Source: Candidatus Hydrogenedentota bacterium (lineage in GTDB: Bacteria > Hydrogenedentota > Hydrogenedentia > Hydrogenedentales > SLHB01). Taken from it: 64,000 bases of DNA. The DNA lies in assembly GCA_045863295.1 (NCBI GenBank), contig BTWA01000001.1, forward strand, positions 293,686 through 357,685, read 5' to 3'. A program made the position numbers and the translations under genes. Shown one piece after another: positions 8,930 to 18,020 of the stretch; the first letter of the stretch is position 1, and the number at the start of each line of letters is the position of its first letter. Under the pieces are notes generated by a model. The model saw nothing but the letters and a program-made list of their open reading frames with translations. It was not told the origin of the DNA and ran no database searches.

Positions 8930-9973
8930 ATGCCCTATGTGTTGACGATCGCCTTGATGATCACGGTTGCCGCGTTGCAGCGGCGGCGATTGATTGCCTT
9001 TGCGGATTGGTGCCTGGAACGCGCGGATCAATCGCTCGACGCCGTGCGCACACGCCGCGGGGGCGATTGGCCGGTGGCGCTGGTCTTGCTGTTGCCCGCG
9101 CTGGCGGTGTTGGGCGTGTTTGGTGCTGCGCCGTTCGCTTATGCGCTTTACCTGAGCGTGCGCACGCTTGAATTGGGCGAGTGGCATTATGTGGGTCTGG
9201 ATCATTACCGCGAGGCCATTGGCAGTCAGGAAGTCTGGCGGGCCCTGCTCGTCACGACCTACTACGCGGCGTCCACCATTCCCATCGGGCTGCTGCTGAG
9301 CCTTTCCATCGCGTGGCAACTGTATCGCATGCAGTTCGGGAGGACGTTTTTTCGCACGGCCTATTTCCTGCCGTACGTCACCTCGGCGGTCGCGGCGGCC
9401 ACGGTCTGGCGCGTTTTGCTTCGCCCGCAACTGGGCGGCGTCAACGGATTTCTCGAGTCGGTTGGGTTGGAGCCGCAGCGTTGGCTTCTGGAACCGCGGG
9501 GCGTGCTGTCTCTTCTAACCGACGGCTGGGCGCCGCACTGGTTCGGCCCCAGCCTTGGGCTTGCCTGCATCGTTGCCTTCGAGATCTGGCACAGTGCGGG
9601 CTTCATGATCGTAGTCTTGCTCGCCGCGTTTACGGCGATACCCCGCGAATTGGAAGAAGCCGCCCTGATCGACGGCGCAAGCCGGTTACAGGTATTCCGG
9701 CACGTGGTGGCGCCGCTGCTTTCGCCGGTCATTTTCTTTCTATTGATCGTCGGCGTGATTTGGGCGTTTCAGGCGTTCAATAGTTTCTACGCGCTTACCG
9801 TGGGCATGCGCCGGCCGGACACACAGAATCTCATCATGCTGATCTACGCGCAGATCTATGAAAATCAGCGCTACGGGTACGGTTCGGCCATTGCCGTGTT
9901 GTTGAGCCTGGGGATTATGCTGCTGTCGTTGGCGCAATGGCGATTGGCCGGCCGCCGGGTACACTACGAATGA
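8930..9973 (+). CDS. Carbohydrate ABC transporter permease (CUT1, MalF/UgpA-like)
   Basis: YVGLDHY, FRTAYFLPYVTS, EAA loop (EEAALIDGAS), YGYGSAIA. Confidence 0.92.
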   Translation: MPYVLTIALMITVAALQRRRLIAFADWCLERADQSLDAVRTRRGGDWPVALVLLLPALAVLGVFGAAPFAYALYLSVRTLELGEWHYVGLDHYREAIGSQEVWRALLVTTYYAASTIPIGLLLSLSIAWQLYRMQFGRTFFRTAYFLPYVTSAVAAATVWRVLLRPQLGGVNGFLESVGLEPQRWLLEPRGVLSLLTDGWAPHWFGPSLGLACIVAFEIWHSAGFMIVVLLAAFTAIPRELEEAALIDGASRLQVFRHVVAPLLSPVIFFLLIVGVIWAFQAFNSFYALTVGMRRPDTQNLIMLIYAQIYENQRYGYGSAIAVLLSLGIMLLSLAQWRLAGRRVHYE

Positions 9974-10782
9974 TCTGCCGCGCGATCACCGTTGGCCTTC
10001 TTTTGTCCGGCGCAATTATTACACTCTACCCTTTTGCGTGGATGATCGGCACGGCGTTTCAGAGCGAAACGCAATCCGCGCTCACAAGGCTATGGTTCTG
10101 GCCGGCCGATTGGCACTGGGAAAACGTGGCGGAGACCTTTCGCGCGGCGCCCTTTGGCCGCTATTTCTACAATACGATGATCACGTCCGTTGTGGTGACC
10201 GTTAGCGTTGTCCTCACCTCGCTGTCCGCGGGGTATGCGTTTGCGCGGCTTCAATTTCCGGGGCGGCGCGGGCTGTTCGCGCTCATCCTCGTCACCATGA
10301 TGATTCCGTTCGAAGTGGCGCTGATTCCCAACTTCCTGCTCATTCGCGCGTTGAACTGGTATGACACGTTTGCCGCGCTCATCGTCCCGTGGTGCGCCAA
10401 CGCATTTTCCATCTTTCTGTTGCGTCAGGCGTTTCTGGGTTTGCCGCGCGATTACTTCGACGCCGCGCGTGTCGATGGATGCGGCCACCTGCGTTTCCTC
10501 GCGCGGATTGCCGCTCCGCTGGTCAAGCCCATGCTTTCCACCGTGGGCCTCTTCACCTTTTTGGGAAGCTACAATGCGCTGCTCTGGCCGATCATCGTCA
10601 CGCAGAGCGAATCGATGCGGGTCGTGCAGTATGGCCTCACCGTATTCTGGGGATCGGCCGGCGTGCAGATGAATTTGCTCATGTGCGCATCCGCGATTGT
10701 GACCGCTCCGACCGTGGCGTTATACTTCCTCGCACAACGCCATTTTGTGGACAGTGCCCTCAACGCGGGTATCAAGGGGTAG
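9970..10782 (+). CDS. Carbohydrate ABC transporter permease (MalG/UgpE-like)
   Basis: AGYAFARLQFPGR, DAARVDGC, LWPIIV; ATGA overlap with the previous gene. Confidence 0.92.
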   Translation: MICRAITVGLLLSGAIITLYPFAWMIGTAFQSETQSALTRLWFWPADWHWENVAETFRAAPFGRYFYNTMITSVVVTVSVVLTSLSAGYAFARLQFPGRRGLFALILVTMMIPFEVALIPNFLLIRALNWYDTFAALIVPWCANAFSIFLLRQAFLGLPRDYFDAARVDGCGHLRFLARIAAPLVKPMLSTVGLFTFLGSYNALLWPIIVTQSESMRVVQYGLTVFWGSAGVQMNLLMCASAIVTAPTVALYFLAQRHFVDSALNAGIKG

Positions 10783-10808
10783 CCCACCACCTTAATCGGG
10801 ACTGCACT

Positions 10809-12131
10809 ATGCGCCAAACCATTGCCGGCACGCTCACGGTCTTGTGTCTTGCTCTCCCGGGTTGCGGCGGATCCGGTACAGGGTCCGGACCTGCATCGGA
10901 GGATGCGCCGTTTAAGTCGATTGACCCTGCCGCGGTTGTGTTGTGGGACCGGCAAACACAAGAGTTTTCCGATCTCATCAAAAACATCGCGGATACGTTT
11001 AATAAAGACCGCGAAGGATTGCCCGTACGCGTCGAGTACATGGGCGACTACAGCGATATCTACCGCAAGGTGACGCTGAGCATTCAAGCGGGCGAACTCC
11101 CCTCCATGGCCGTCGGGTACGAAAGCATGACCGCCGAATACGTGCGGTTGGGCGCGGTCCGGCCCTTGGGCGAGTTCATTCGCGATCCGGAATTGGGTTT
11201 TTCGGAAGAGGAGATTGCCGATTTCTTCCCCGGTGTCGTCGACACGAACCGGTACGGCCAGTTTGGCGGCGAGTACTACTCGTTTCCCTTCTGCAAAAGC
11301 GTGCTCACCCTGTTTTTCAACAAGCGCGTGTTGAAGAAGGCCGGTTTCGACGGACCGCCGCAAACATGGGACGACTTCCTGGAGCAATGCCGCGCCGTAC
11401 GGGCCAAGACCGGCAACTACGGGTACGCCCTCAATGCCGACTGTTCCACGCTCAATGGCATGATCTTCAGCCGGGGCGGCGACATTGTCTCGGGCAATCA
11501 ATCGCTGTACGACTCGCCCCAATCAATTGCCGCATTCGAATTCCTTGAAACGCTCGCGAAAGAAAAACTCGCCTATCAAATCACGCCAGGCACCTACGAC
11601 GACCGCGAAGCCTTTGCCCAGGACAAAGCGGCCTTCTTCTTCCGGTCAAGTGTTCACAGACCGTTCACGCAAAAGTTGATGCAGGGCGATCAGGACGCGT
11701 GGGGTCTTGCCATGATTCCGCAGGCCGATCCGGCCAATCCGTCCACAGTGTTGTATGGGCCGAATGTGATGGTCTTCAAAACGGGGAATGAACAAGAACG
11801 CGTTGCGTGGGAGTTTATCCGGCACTTCACCTCTCCGGAAATTTCTTCGAATTGGGCGCTGATCACTGGGTACATCCCGATGCACAAATCGTCGGCAGCG
11901 GACCCGCGCGTTCAGGCCTACTGGAAAGAATGGGAATACAACCGCGTGCCGTTCGACAGCTTGGCCGTGGCCCGTGCCGAGCCCAATCTCGTGGGCTGGC
12001 AGGAAGTACGATCACTGGTGGAACGGGCTTGGTCCGATGTGATGTCTGAAGTCAAAACAGGCCGGGAAGCCGCGTTGGAATTGAAACAGCAGGCGGATGC
12101 GGTGCTCGCACGGTTCCAATCTGCGCGCTGA
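10809..12131 (+). CDS. ABC transporter substrate-binding lipoprotein (UgpB-like)
   Basis: Lipobox LPGC, YSFPFCKS, PQTWDDF, TGYIP; follows two permeases. Confidence 0.88.
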   Translation: MRQTIAGTLTVLCLALPGCGGSGTGSGPASEDAPFKSIDPAAVVLWDRQTQEFSDLIKNIADTFNKDREGLPVRVEYMGDYSDIYRKVTLSIQAGELPSMAVGYESMTAEYVRLGAVRPLGEFIRDPELGFSEEEIADFFPGVVDTNRYGQFGGEYYSFPFCKSVLTLFFNKRVLKKAGFDGPPQTWDDFLEQCRAVRAKTGNYGYALNADCSTLNGMIFSRGGDIVSGNQSLYDSPQSIAAFEFLETLAKEKLAYQITPGTYDDREAFAQDKAAFFFRSSVHRPFTQKLMQGDQDAWGLAMIPQADPANPSTVLYGPNVMVFKTGNEQERVAWEFIRHFTSPEISSNWALITGYIPMHKSSAADPRVQAYWKEWEYNRVPFDSLAVARAEPNLVGWQEVRSLVERAWSDVMSEVKTGREAALELKQQADAVLARFQSAR

Positions 12132-12136
12132 CCCTG

Positions 12137-12898
12137 CTACTTCGGCTCTTCAAGACCCATAATCGGCTTCAGCCAGAGCATGATTTGATCGGGCACCGTG
12201 GGCACGCCGTCGAGCAGGTCGTGGCCCTGATAGGTGCCCGCATATTCGCGAAACTCGCACTGACCCTCGGCCTCCTCTTTCAATACCATGCACGTCGATG
12301 CCGCGTACGTGTCGCCCTGGGAAGCCATCAGCAGGACCGGCCGGTTGCCGTATGCGCTCATGAGACCCGTGCTGGGCACGCCTTTGAGCGATTTGCCAGG
12401 AGAGATCATCACCAGCGCCACAATATCCGGTTGATCCAGGGCAAAGTGCAGGGCAAGGTTCGCGCCTATGTCGACGCCGATAACCGCCATATTGTCAGCG
12501 GATACCCCCTCCGCTTCCAATGCGCTCCGCGCCGCGCCGATGTCGCCCAACGTTTGAAGCCAATCTTCGGCGTCAAAATCGCGATACGCGCCTCCTTCGT
12601 GACCCCGCAAGGTCAGTGACATGACGGCATAGCCGGTTCGTTGCGCCAGCAGCGCGAGCGGCGTCATTGCATTCAAATCGCGGCCATAGCCATGAATCAG
12701 AATCAGGCCGGGAGCGTCGGGCCGCGCGGATTGGAAGTATTCGATGGGCACGGGCGCCCCATCCGCGGCAAGAATCTGCCGCTGTTGTCCAGCCGCCGGG
12801 CCTCTCGCACTTCGATTGCCGCATCCCGCGCACAACAGGCACGTGAATACCGCCAATGCAAAGGCGATTCGAGTAGAGTTGGCGATGAGTCGTTTCAT
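12137..12898 (-). CDS. Alpha/beta-hydrolase-fold lipoprotein
   Basis: Lipobox CAGC, LILIHG, LRGHEG, elbow GVDIGA, LVMISPG. Confidence 0.8.
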   Translation of the reverse strand: MKRLIANSTRIAFALAVFTCLLCAGCGNRSARGPAAGQQRQILAADGAPVPIEYFQSARPDAPGLILIHGYGRDLNAMTPLALLAQRTGYAVMSLTLRGHEGGAYRDFDAEDWLQTLGDIGAARSALEAEGVSADNMAVIGVDIGANLALHFALDQPDIVALVMISPGKSLKGVPSTGLMSAYGNRPVLLMASQGDTYAASTCMVLKEEAEGQCEFREYAGTYQGHDLLDGVPTVPDQIMLWLKPIMGLEEPK

Positions 12899-12905
12899 AA
12901 ACAAC

Positions 12906-12937
12906 CGAGGGGATCGGCCATGAGTCCGATCCCCTCG
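12906..12937 (-). terminator. Hairpin, probable terminator downstream of the SCP2 gene
   Basis: Perfect 12-bp inverted repeat CGAGGGGATCGG / CCGATCCCCTCG with 8-nt loop, followed by GTTGTTT on the minus strand. Confidence 0.6.
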
Positions 12938-12964
12938 TCACATGATTCCGTACAAAGGCCCCAA

Positions 12965-13288
12965 TTAGATCTTGAAAATGCTCTGGAGTTTCATGGCCAG
13001 GCTCATATCGCCTTTGATCTTCAGCTTTCCCGTCAAGAAGGCTGTTTGACCGTTTAGTTGTCCGGATACGATCTTCAACCAGTTTTCATCCGTTGTGGTC
13101 AACGTGATGTTTGGCGTGTCCGCCGTGCCCTGGACAATATCCACAGAACCATCGGCCAGCTTCACGTACCACTGCCCGCCGTTGTCGCCGGAGATGTCGA
13201 ATTGATAAATGCTGTTCATGCCTGCGGTCTTCGCAGGGTCAATCTTGCTGGAAAGCTCGGAAAAGAACTGTGCAACAGAGTCTGCCAT
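12965..13288 (-). CDS. SCP2 sterol/lipid-binding domain protein
   Basis: YQFDISG...GQW, AFLTGKLKIKGDMSLAMKL signature; RBS GGAGGGAG. Confidence 0.92.
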   Translation of the reverse strand: MADSVAQFFSELSSKIDPAKTAGMNSIYQFDISGDNGGQWYVKLADGSVDIVQGTADTPNITLTTTDENWLKIVSGQLNGQTAFLTGKLKIKGDMSLAMKLQSIFKI

Positions 13289-14142
13289 GTCGAAAACTCC
13301 CTCCTGGTTTTTTTAGGACCGCACCGATGGCCTTGCAATCGGTTGTCGTGCCTTGCCCCTGAGTCAAACCCTTCCAACCGTTACGCGCCGGCCCCTCCTG
13401 AATGGATTGAAACTGCGCGTGTCACCCGCTGTAAGCAAAGGCGCCGCCTATGCTTGGACGTGTTACTCTACCACAGGCGCCGGATCTGGTCAATCTGTAT
13501 ACCTAGCGGTAGGAAGGGGTTCCGCCGGATTGTGGCCGTCTGCGCGTCCCGCATCCCACGCCCAACCGGAACGCGCTTGCCCTTCTGAAAACCTCGGGCG
13601 TTCCCCATCCGGCGCGCCGCGGGCCCGTTCCGTGACGGCCGGTTTCCCTCGGCCAAAAGCATTCGGAAATCATAGCGCTCTCCAGAGTTTTTTTGTCCGT
13701 GACGTGCGCAATTTGGAGACGAGAATCGCGTGCACCTGAATGTGAATCGAACGTACATTCTTTCCTCAATCCGAAACCTCGATTTGGATCGCAGTCGCGA
13801 TCCAAACTCGCACTCGATCGCGTCGAATTTTACAACCGCGAACACACACGATTCAGGCGCGACGATTTCCGCGCGCGAGCATGCAAGCGATGCCAAAACT
13901 GTCGTTTGCCGTCTTTTTCAAAAAAATTTTTTCAGCCGGGATGAACGCCTGAAAACCGTTCTTTGCACCCTTTCGAAGGTTGGATCCGGCGATCGCAATT
14001 GGACGATCGCATCGTTCGTGATCGCAGATCGGCCTTATTTTATAGGGTGATCCACGATCGACGCCGCATTCGCACGCACGAACAAACGGGGAGCGATAAC
14101 CACTTTGAGCGGTCTCGAATGGTCGTGATCGGGGATAGTCGT

Positions 14143-14196
14143 AAAGAAATAAAAAACAAGAAAATGCTTGCTATTTTTTACGTTCTCTGCTACACA
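14143..14196 (+). promoter_or_regulatory. Candidate sigma70 promoter with UP element
   Basis: A-tracts at 14143-14164, TTGCTA (14168-14173), 17 nt, TACACA (14191-14196). Confidence 0.45.
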
Positions 14197-14749
14197 AATA
14201 CTAGTCGGTTGTACAACGGAGCGTCGATGAGGTCTCAAAAGACGACGCAACGGTGCCAACGACACGAGCGGAAGGAACAAAAATCCGCTTCCGAAAATTG
14301 AATCAAAGTGACGATGCGAACGAAAAATCTTTGCGGTCCAGGTTGGCCAATGAACCTATGTCGGAGTGCTGGTCCCACATCGACCCTGGCTTGCGAAAGA
14401 TGCGTTTCCGGGTACAATTGAGAAGTGAATCGCCGGAAGGCAGTTTGCATCACGTGAATGCATGAAGAGTCTCGGAGGAAGGCCGTACGCTCGGTGACAG
14501 TGAGCGCAAGATGGCCTTTTCGTGGGGTAGTAGGGAGCAATACGGGGTTCGACACGGCAATCTGGACGGGTTGCCGGGCGCCATTTCCCAATTTCCCAAT
14601 GAAATACCCCGGGATTTCTGTGTACAACGGGCGTCTGAGGCCGCCCGTGCCGTCAACCCAGCGCACGTCGGGAGGCAGGGAATCGCGTTCCAAGCCCCTT
14701 CCTTCCGTCGTAATACGTGGCAGAGGCATAACGAAAGGAGGAATCTGTA

Positions 14750-14929
14750 ATGGCAATGGCGAAGAAGAAGGCTGCAAAGAAGAAGGCCGCTCCGAAGAAG
14801 AAGGCGGCGCCGAAGAAGAAAGCAGCCCCGAAGAAGAAGGCCGCCCCGAAGAAGAAAGCGGCTCCGAAGAAAAAAGCGGCCCCGAAGAAAAAAGCCGCCG
14901 CGAAAAAGAAGACCGTCGCGAAAAAGTAA
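14750..14929 (+). CDS. Small histone H1-like Lys/Ala/Pro-repeat protein (59 aa)
   Basis: AAAGGAGG RBS then ATG; translates as MAMAKKKAA(KKKAAP)x6KKKAAAKKKTVAKK*; synonymous variation between repeats; below the ORF-track length cutoff. Confidence 0.88.
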   Translation: MAMAKKKAAKKKAAPKKKAAPKKKAAPKKKAAPKKKAAPKKKAAPKKKAAAKKKTVAKK

Positions 14930-15269
14930 CCCGTAGCTTCTACGGTCTGCTTTGACATTTGAACCATCCCGACTGCCAGAGGTTGCGCTTCACGGCGCCG
15001 GCTCTACGACGTAGAGCCACGGGCAGAAAAGATGGTCAAATTCACACGATTCGAGCGGTCACGCATCTGAGGCACGTTGGATTTTCCAAAAGAATTCCGG
15101 CGTGCCTCATTCTTTTAACTCGCGCACTGGATCGGCCGCCACCGTTTGTGGCATTCCTAGGGCGTACCAAGAACAACTGAACCCAACGCAACCCAACGTC
15201 CAAAGAACCGGACGGACTGCGGCTTCCCGGCCCGGCAGGCGTTGCGCGCATTTTAGAACGAGGTAAATC

Positions 15270-17465
15270 GTGCCAACCACCCCTAACCCCGACAAACTTC
15301 GAGCCGGCTTGTTACAGGCCATTGCCGAAGCCAAAGCGCCGGGTGCATGCGCCATTATCGGAGACGCCGAACACACCTATCTGCACGACGCGCAGGGAGC
15401 GCGGCAGTTGATTCCCACCCGGCTTCCGGTGGAAACCTCCACCCTGTACGACTTGGCGTCACTTACCAAAGTCATTGCCACTACGACGGCTCTCATGCAG
15501 CTTTATGAAGCCGGCGAAATCGATCTCGACCAGCCGGTATCCGATATCTATCCGATTCCAGCCTTTTCCGCATTTACCATCAGGCATTGCCTGACTCACA
15601 CCACGGGCTTGTCCGCCGGTCTGCCGTATTACAAAGACGCCAAGAGCATTGACGAAATGCTGCAGCGCTACTCCGCCCTCCCGCTCAAGTGGACGCCGGG
15701 TTCGCGCTGGTTGTACTCCGATGTCGGGTTCATGCTCCTCGGCCGCATTGTGGAACTCAAGGCCCGTGACTCCATTGATTCGTACTGCAAACGCCACATT
15801 TTCGATCCCCTGGAAATGACCCGAACCCTGTACACGCCGCCCAAGGATCTCGCGCCGCTCTGCGCGGCGACAGAGCAATGTGCGTGGCGCAAACGCGTCA
15901 TCGCAGGCGAAGTCCACGATGAAAATTGTTCGGCCGTGGGCGGCGTGGCCGGGCACGCGGGCCTGTTTGGAACCGCTGAGGATCTCGCCAGATTCTGCCG
16001 GGCGCTACTTACGGGAAGGCTGCTCAAGAGCAAGACAGTCAGTCAAATGACCGCGTTTGGCCAAACGATTCCGTACCCATGGCAGGGACTGGGCTGGCAA
16101 ATTGATCCGTGGGCCAGCAAAAACCAGGGCTATTTGCCGTCGCGAACCGCCATCGGTCACACGGGCTGGACGGGAACCAGCATTTGGATGGACACCGCAA
16201 CCGGGCTGTTTGCCGTGTTATTGGGCAACACATGCCATCCCAGCCGGACAGAGCGCGACAACGGTCTCTATCGCCGCGTCTTCTACACCGCGGTCGCAAA
16301 AGAATTCTACGTCAACACCACGACCCACTCTGGACTGGATCGCCTCCTGCGGGAAGACTTCGCCGAATTGCGCGGTCACCGTATTGCGCTCTTGACCAAC
16401 CATGCCGCCGTGGATCAACAGGGCCGCCACGCGTTGGACGTGCTCAAAATCGCGCCCGATGTCCGTATTGCCACCTTGTACAGTCCGGAACATGGCATTC
16501 GCGGCCATGCCGAAGCGGGCGAATCCGTCGCGTCGGAGAACGGCCCCATACCCGTCGTCAGTCTTTACGGCGACCGGAAATTCCCGTCCAAGGAAGAACT
16601 GGAATCCATCGATTATTTTGTCGTCGACCTTCAGGACATCGGCTCGCGATACTACACCTACATGTCCACCATGAAGGATTGTCTGGCCGCATGTGCCGCC
16701 ATGAAAAAGACCGCGCTCATTTTGGACCGCCCCAATCCCGTGGGCGGCGCCGTATTGGAAGGGACCATCGCTCAGACCGTGGGATCCCCGGTCTGTTGCG
16801 CCCCGATTCCCGTGCGCCATGGCATGACCATGGGAGAATTAGCGCTGTACTTTCTCCAAACAGAGTTCTCGGCCACTCCGCTTCGCGTTCTGGTCAGTCC
16901 GTTGGACAATTGTGAGCGCGCTCGCTTCTTCGACGAATGCACGCTCCCGTGGGTTCCCCCTTCTCCCAACATGCCCACAGCGGAAACAGCGTTGTTATAT
17001 GTGGGCACGTGCCTGTTTGAAGGCGTCAACGTCAATGAAGGCCGGGGCACCGACACGCCGTTTCATGTAATGGGATCGCCATGGATGGATGCAAAGCGCA
17101 TCGTCGAAAACGTCCACCCCGAAGATCGTCCCGGTATCGATTTGGAGCCCGTCCGCTATACGCCCAAAGCCATCCCCGGCAAGGCGGCCAATCCCGCCTA
17201 TCGCGATGAGGCATGCGAAGGCGTTCGTCTGATTGTGCGCGACAAGCGATCGGCGCGGCCCTTTCGCACGGCAATCGCCCTGCTCGCCGCCCTGCGCGAA
17301 CTACATCCCCGAAAGCTCGAATTCAAACCCATGTTCGATGTACTGGCCGGAGGCGACGCTTTGCGCACCCGCATCCAAAACGGCGACGCCGCTTCCGCCA
17401 TCGTACTGGACAGCGAAGCGGCGCTGGCGGCATTTGACGCAGTCCGGCCCAAACGCTACGAATAA
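15270..17465 (+). CDS. Fusion of beta-lactamase-family serine hydrolase (AmiE-like) and NamZ/DUF1343 exo-beta-N-acetylmuramidase
   Basis: SxxK (ASLTK), YSD, GEVHDEN, GHAGLF, GHTGWTG; then LLTNH, SPEHGIRG, DLQDIGSRYYTY, LDRPNP, RHGMTMGE, WVPPSPNMP, EGRGT. Confidence 0.9.
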   Translation: MPTTPNPDKLRAGLLQAIAEAKAPGACAIIGDAEHTYLHDAQGARQLIPTRLPVETSTLYDLASLTKVIATTTALMQLYEAGEIDLDQPVSDIYPIPAFSAFTIRHCLTHTTGLSAGLPYYKDAKSIDEMLQRYSALPLKWTPGSRWLYSDVGFMLLGRIVELKARDSIDSYCKRHIFDPLEMTRTLYTPPKDLAPLCAATEQCAWRKRVIAGEVHDENCSAVGGVAGHAGLFGTAEDLARFCRALLTGRLLKSKTVSQMTAFGQTIPYPWQGLGWQIDPWASKNQGYLPSRTAIGHTGWTGTSIWMDTATGLFAVLLGNTCHPSRTERDNGLYRRVFYTAVAKEFYVNTTTHSGLDRLLREDFAELRGHRIALLTNHAAVDQQGRHALDVLKIAPDVRIATLYSPEHGIRGHAEAGESVASENGPIPVVSLYGDRKFPSKEELESIDYFVVDLQDIGSRYYTYMSTMKDCLAACAAMKKTALILDRPNPVGGAVLEGTIAQTVGSPVCCAPIPVRHGMTMGELALYFLQTEFSATPLRVLVSPLDNCERARFFDECTLPWVPPSPNMPTAETALLYVGTCLFEGVNVNEGRGTDTPFHVMGSPWMDAKRIVENVHPEDRPGIDLEPVRYTPKAIPGKAANPAYRDEACEGVRLIVRDKRSARPFRTAIALLAALRELHPRKLEFKPMFDVLAGGDALRTRIQNGDAASAIVLDSEAALAAFDAVRPKRYE

Positions 17466-17475
17466 AGGAGCGAGA

Positions 17476-17673
17476 TTAGTCTACTGGCGCATCCGCCTTG
17501 TACATGACGACAAATACCAAGTCCCCGGAACCCGCTCGGCCACCCGGTTCGTGGGACATACACACCTTGATATCCACCACGTCAACCCGCGATTGCTGAA
17601 GCCAGCCGTTCACCGCGCCGTCCAGAATATGAATCTTGTCCTCGTAACCCTTGAATGACTTCACAAATACCAC
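17476..17673 (-). CDS. Small hypothetical protein (65 aa), Cse60/DUF2758-like pattern
   Basis: GGAGGGG RBS before GTG; VKxF...L..AVN.WL...VVDIK...Y pattern recalled from the Cse60 family. Confidence 0.6.
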   Translation of the reverse strand: MVFVKSFKGYEDKIHILDGAVNGWLQQSRVDVVDIKVCMSHEPGGRAGSGDLVFVVMYKADAPVD

Positions 17674-18020
17674 GATGAATCCCCTCCAGTTAGGCCGTCA
17701 ACCCGCATTTTGCATCACGCTTAAAGCGAGCGTGGAAGACTGAAGTACAGTCTCCGTGGTGCAAAATGCACACACAGAATAGTTTGGGCTTGAAACGCAA
17801 AGAAAATTTCACGAGCACTGCACTTGCATCGGATTGGTCAATGGCCCGGCAGTATAGTTGTTCCACAGTTAGTTGGACAAAGTCGTGAAATATACGGGTT
17901 AATCGTTGCCGGCGTCTTCCGCGCCCGGTCTCGATGCGCCGTCATTCCCAAACCAGCCGAATCGTTATACCACAGAAATCCAACGCACTCCGAAACCGGA
18001 CGTCACGCCGCGATTCCGCA

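Noticed and set aside
10389..10808. Long N-terminal extensions in the ORF track (also 18862, 54637-55632, 38463, 7470)
   Set aside because: They overlap neighbouring genes or lack an RBS; downstream starts fit the domain boundaries.
14474..14495. RNase P-like GAGGAAGGCC
   Set aside because: Deviates from GAGGAAAGUCC, and the 3' P4 signature is absent.
14533..14553. tmRNA-like 5' end GGGAGCAATACGGGGTTCGAC
   Set aside because: No matching T-arm/acceptor 3' end with CCA and no tag reading frame found on either side.
14458..14967. ORFs with EEEG repeats (+) and AAFFFG repeats (-)
   Set aside because: Alternative frames of the KKKAAP gene, which has the RBS and shows synonymous third-position variation.
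15270..16320. Beta-lactamase resistance gene
   Set aside because: The NamZ fusion and muramic acid gene context favour an AmiE-like amidase or esterase.
17850..17975. DnaA-box-like TGTTCCACA and TATACCACA
   Set aside because: Only two mismatched copies, which is insufficient evidence for an origin.
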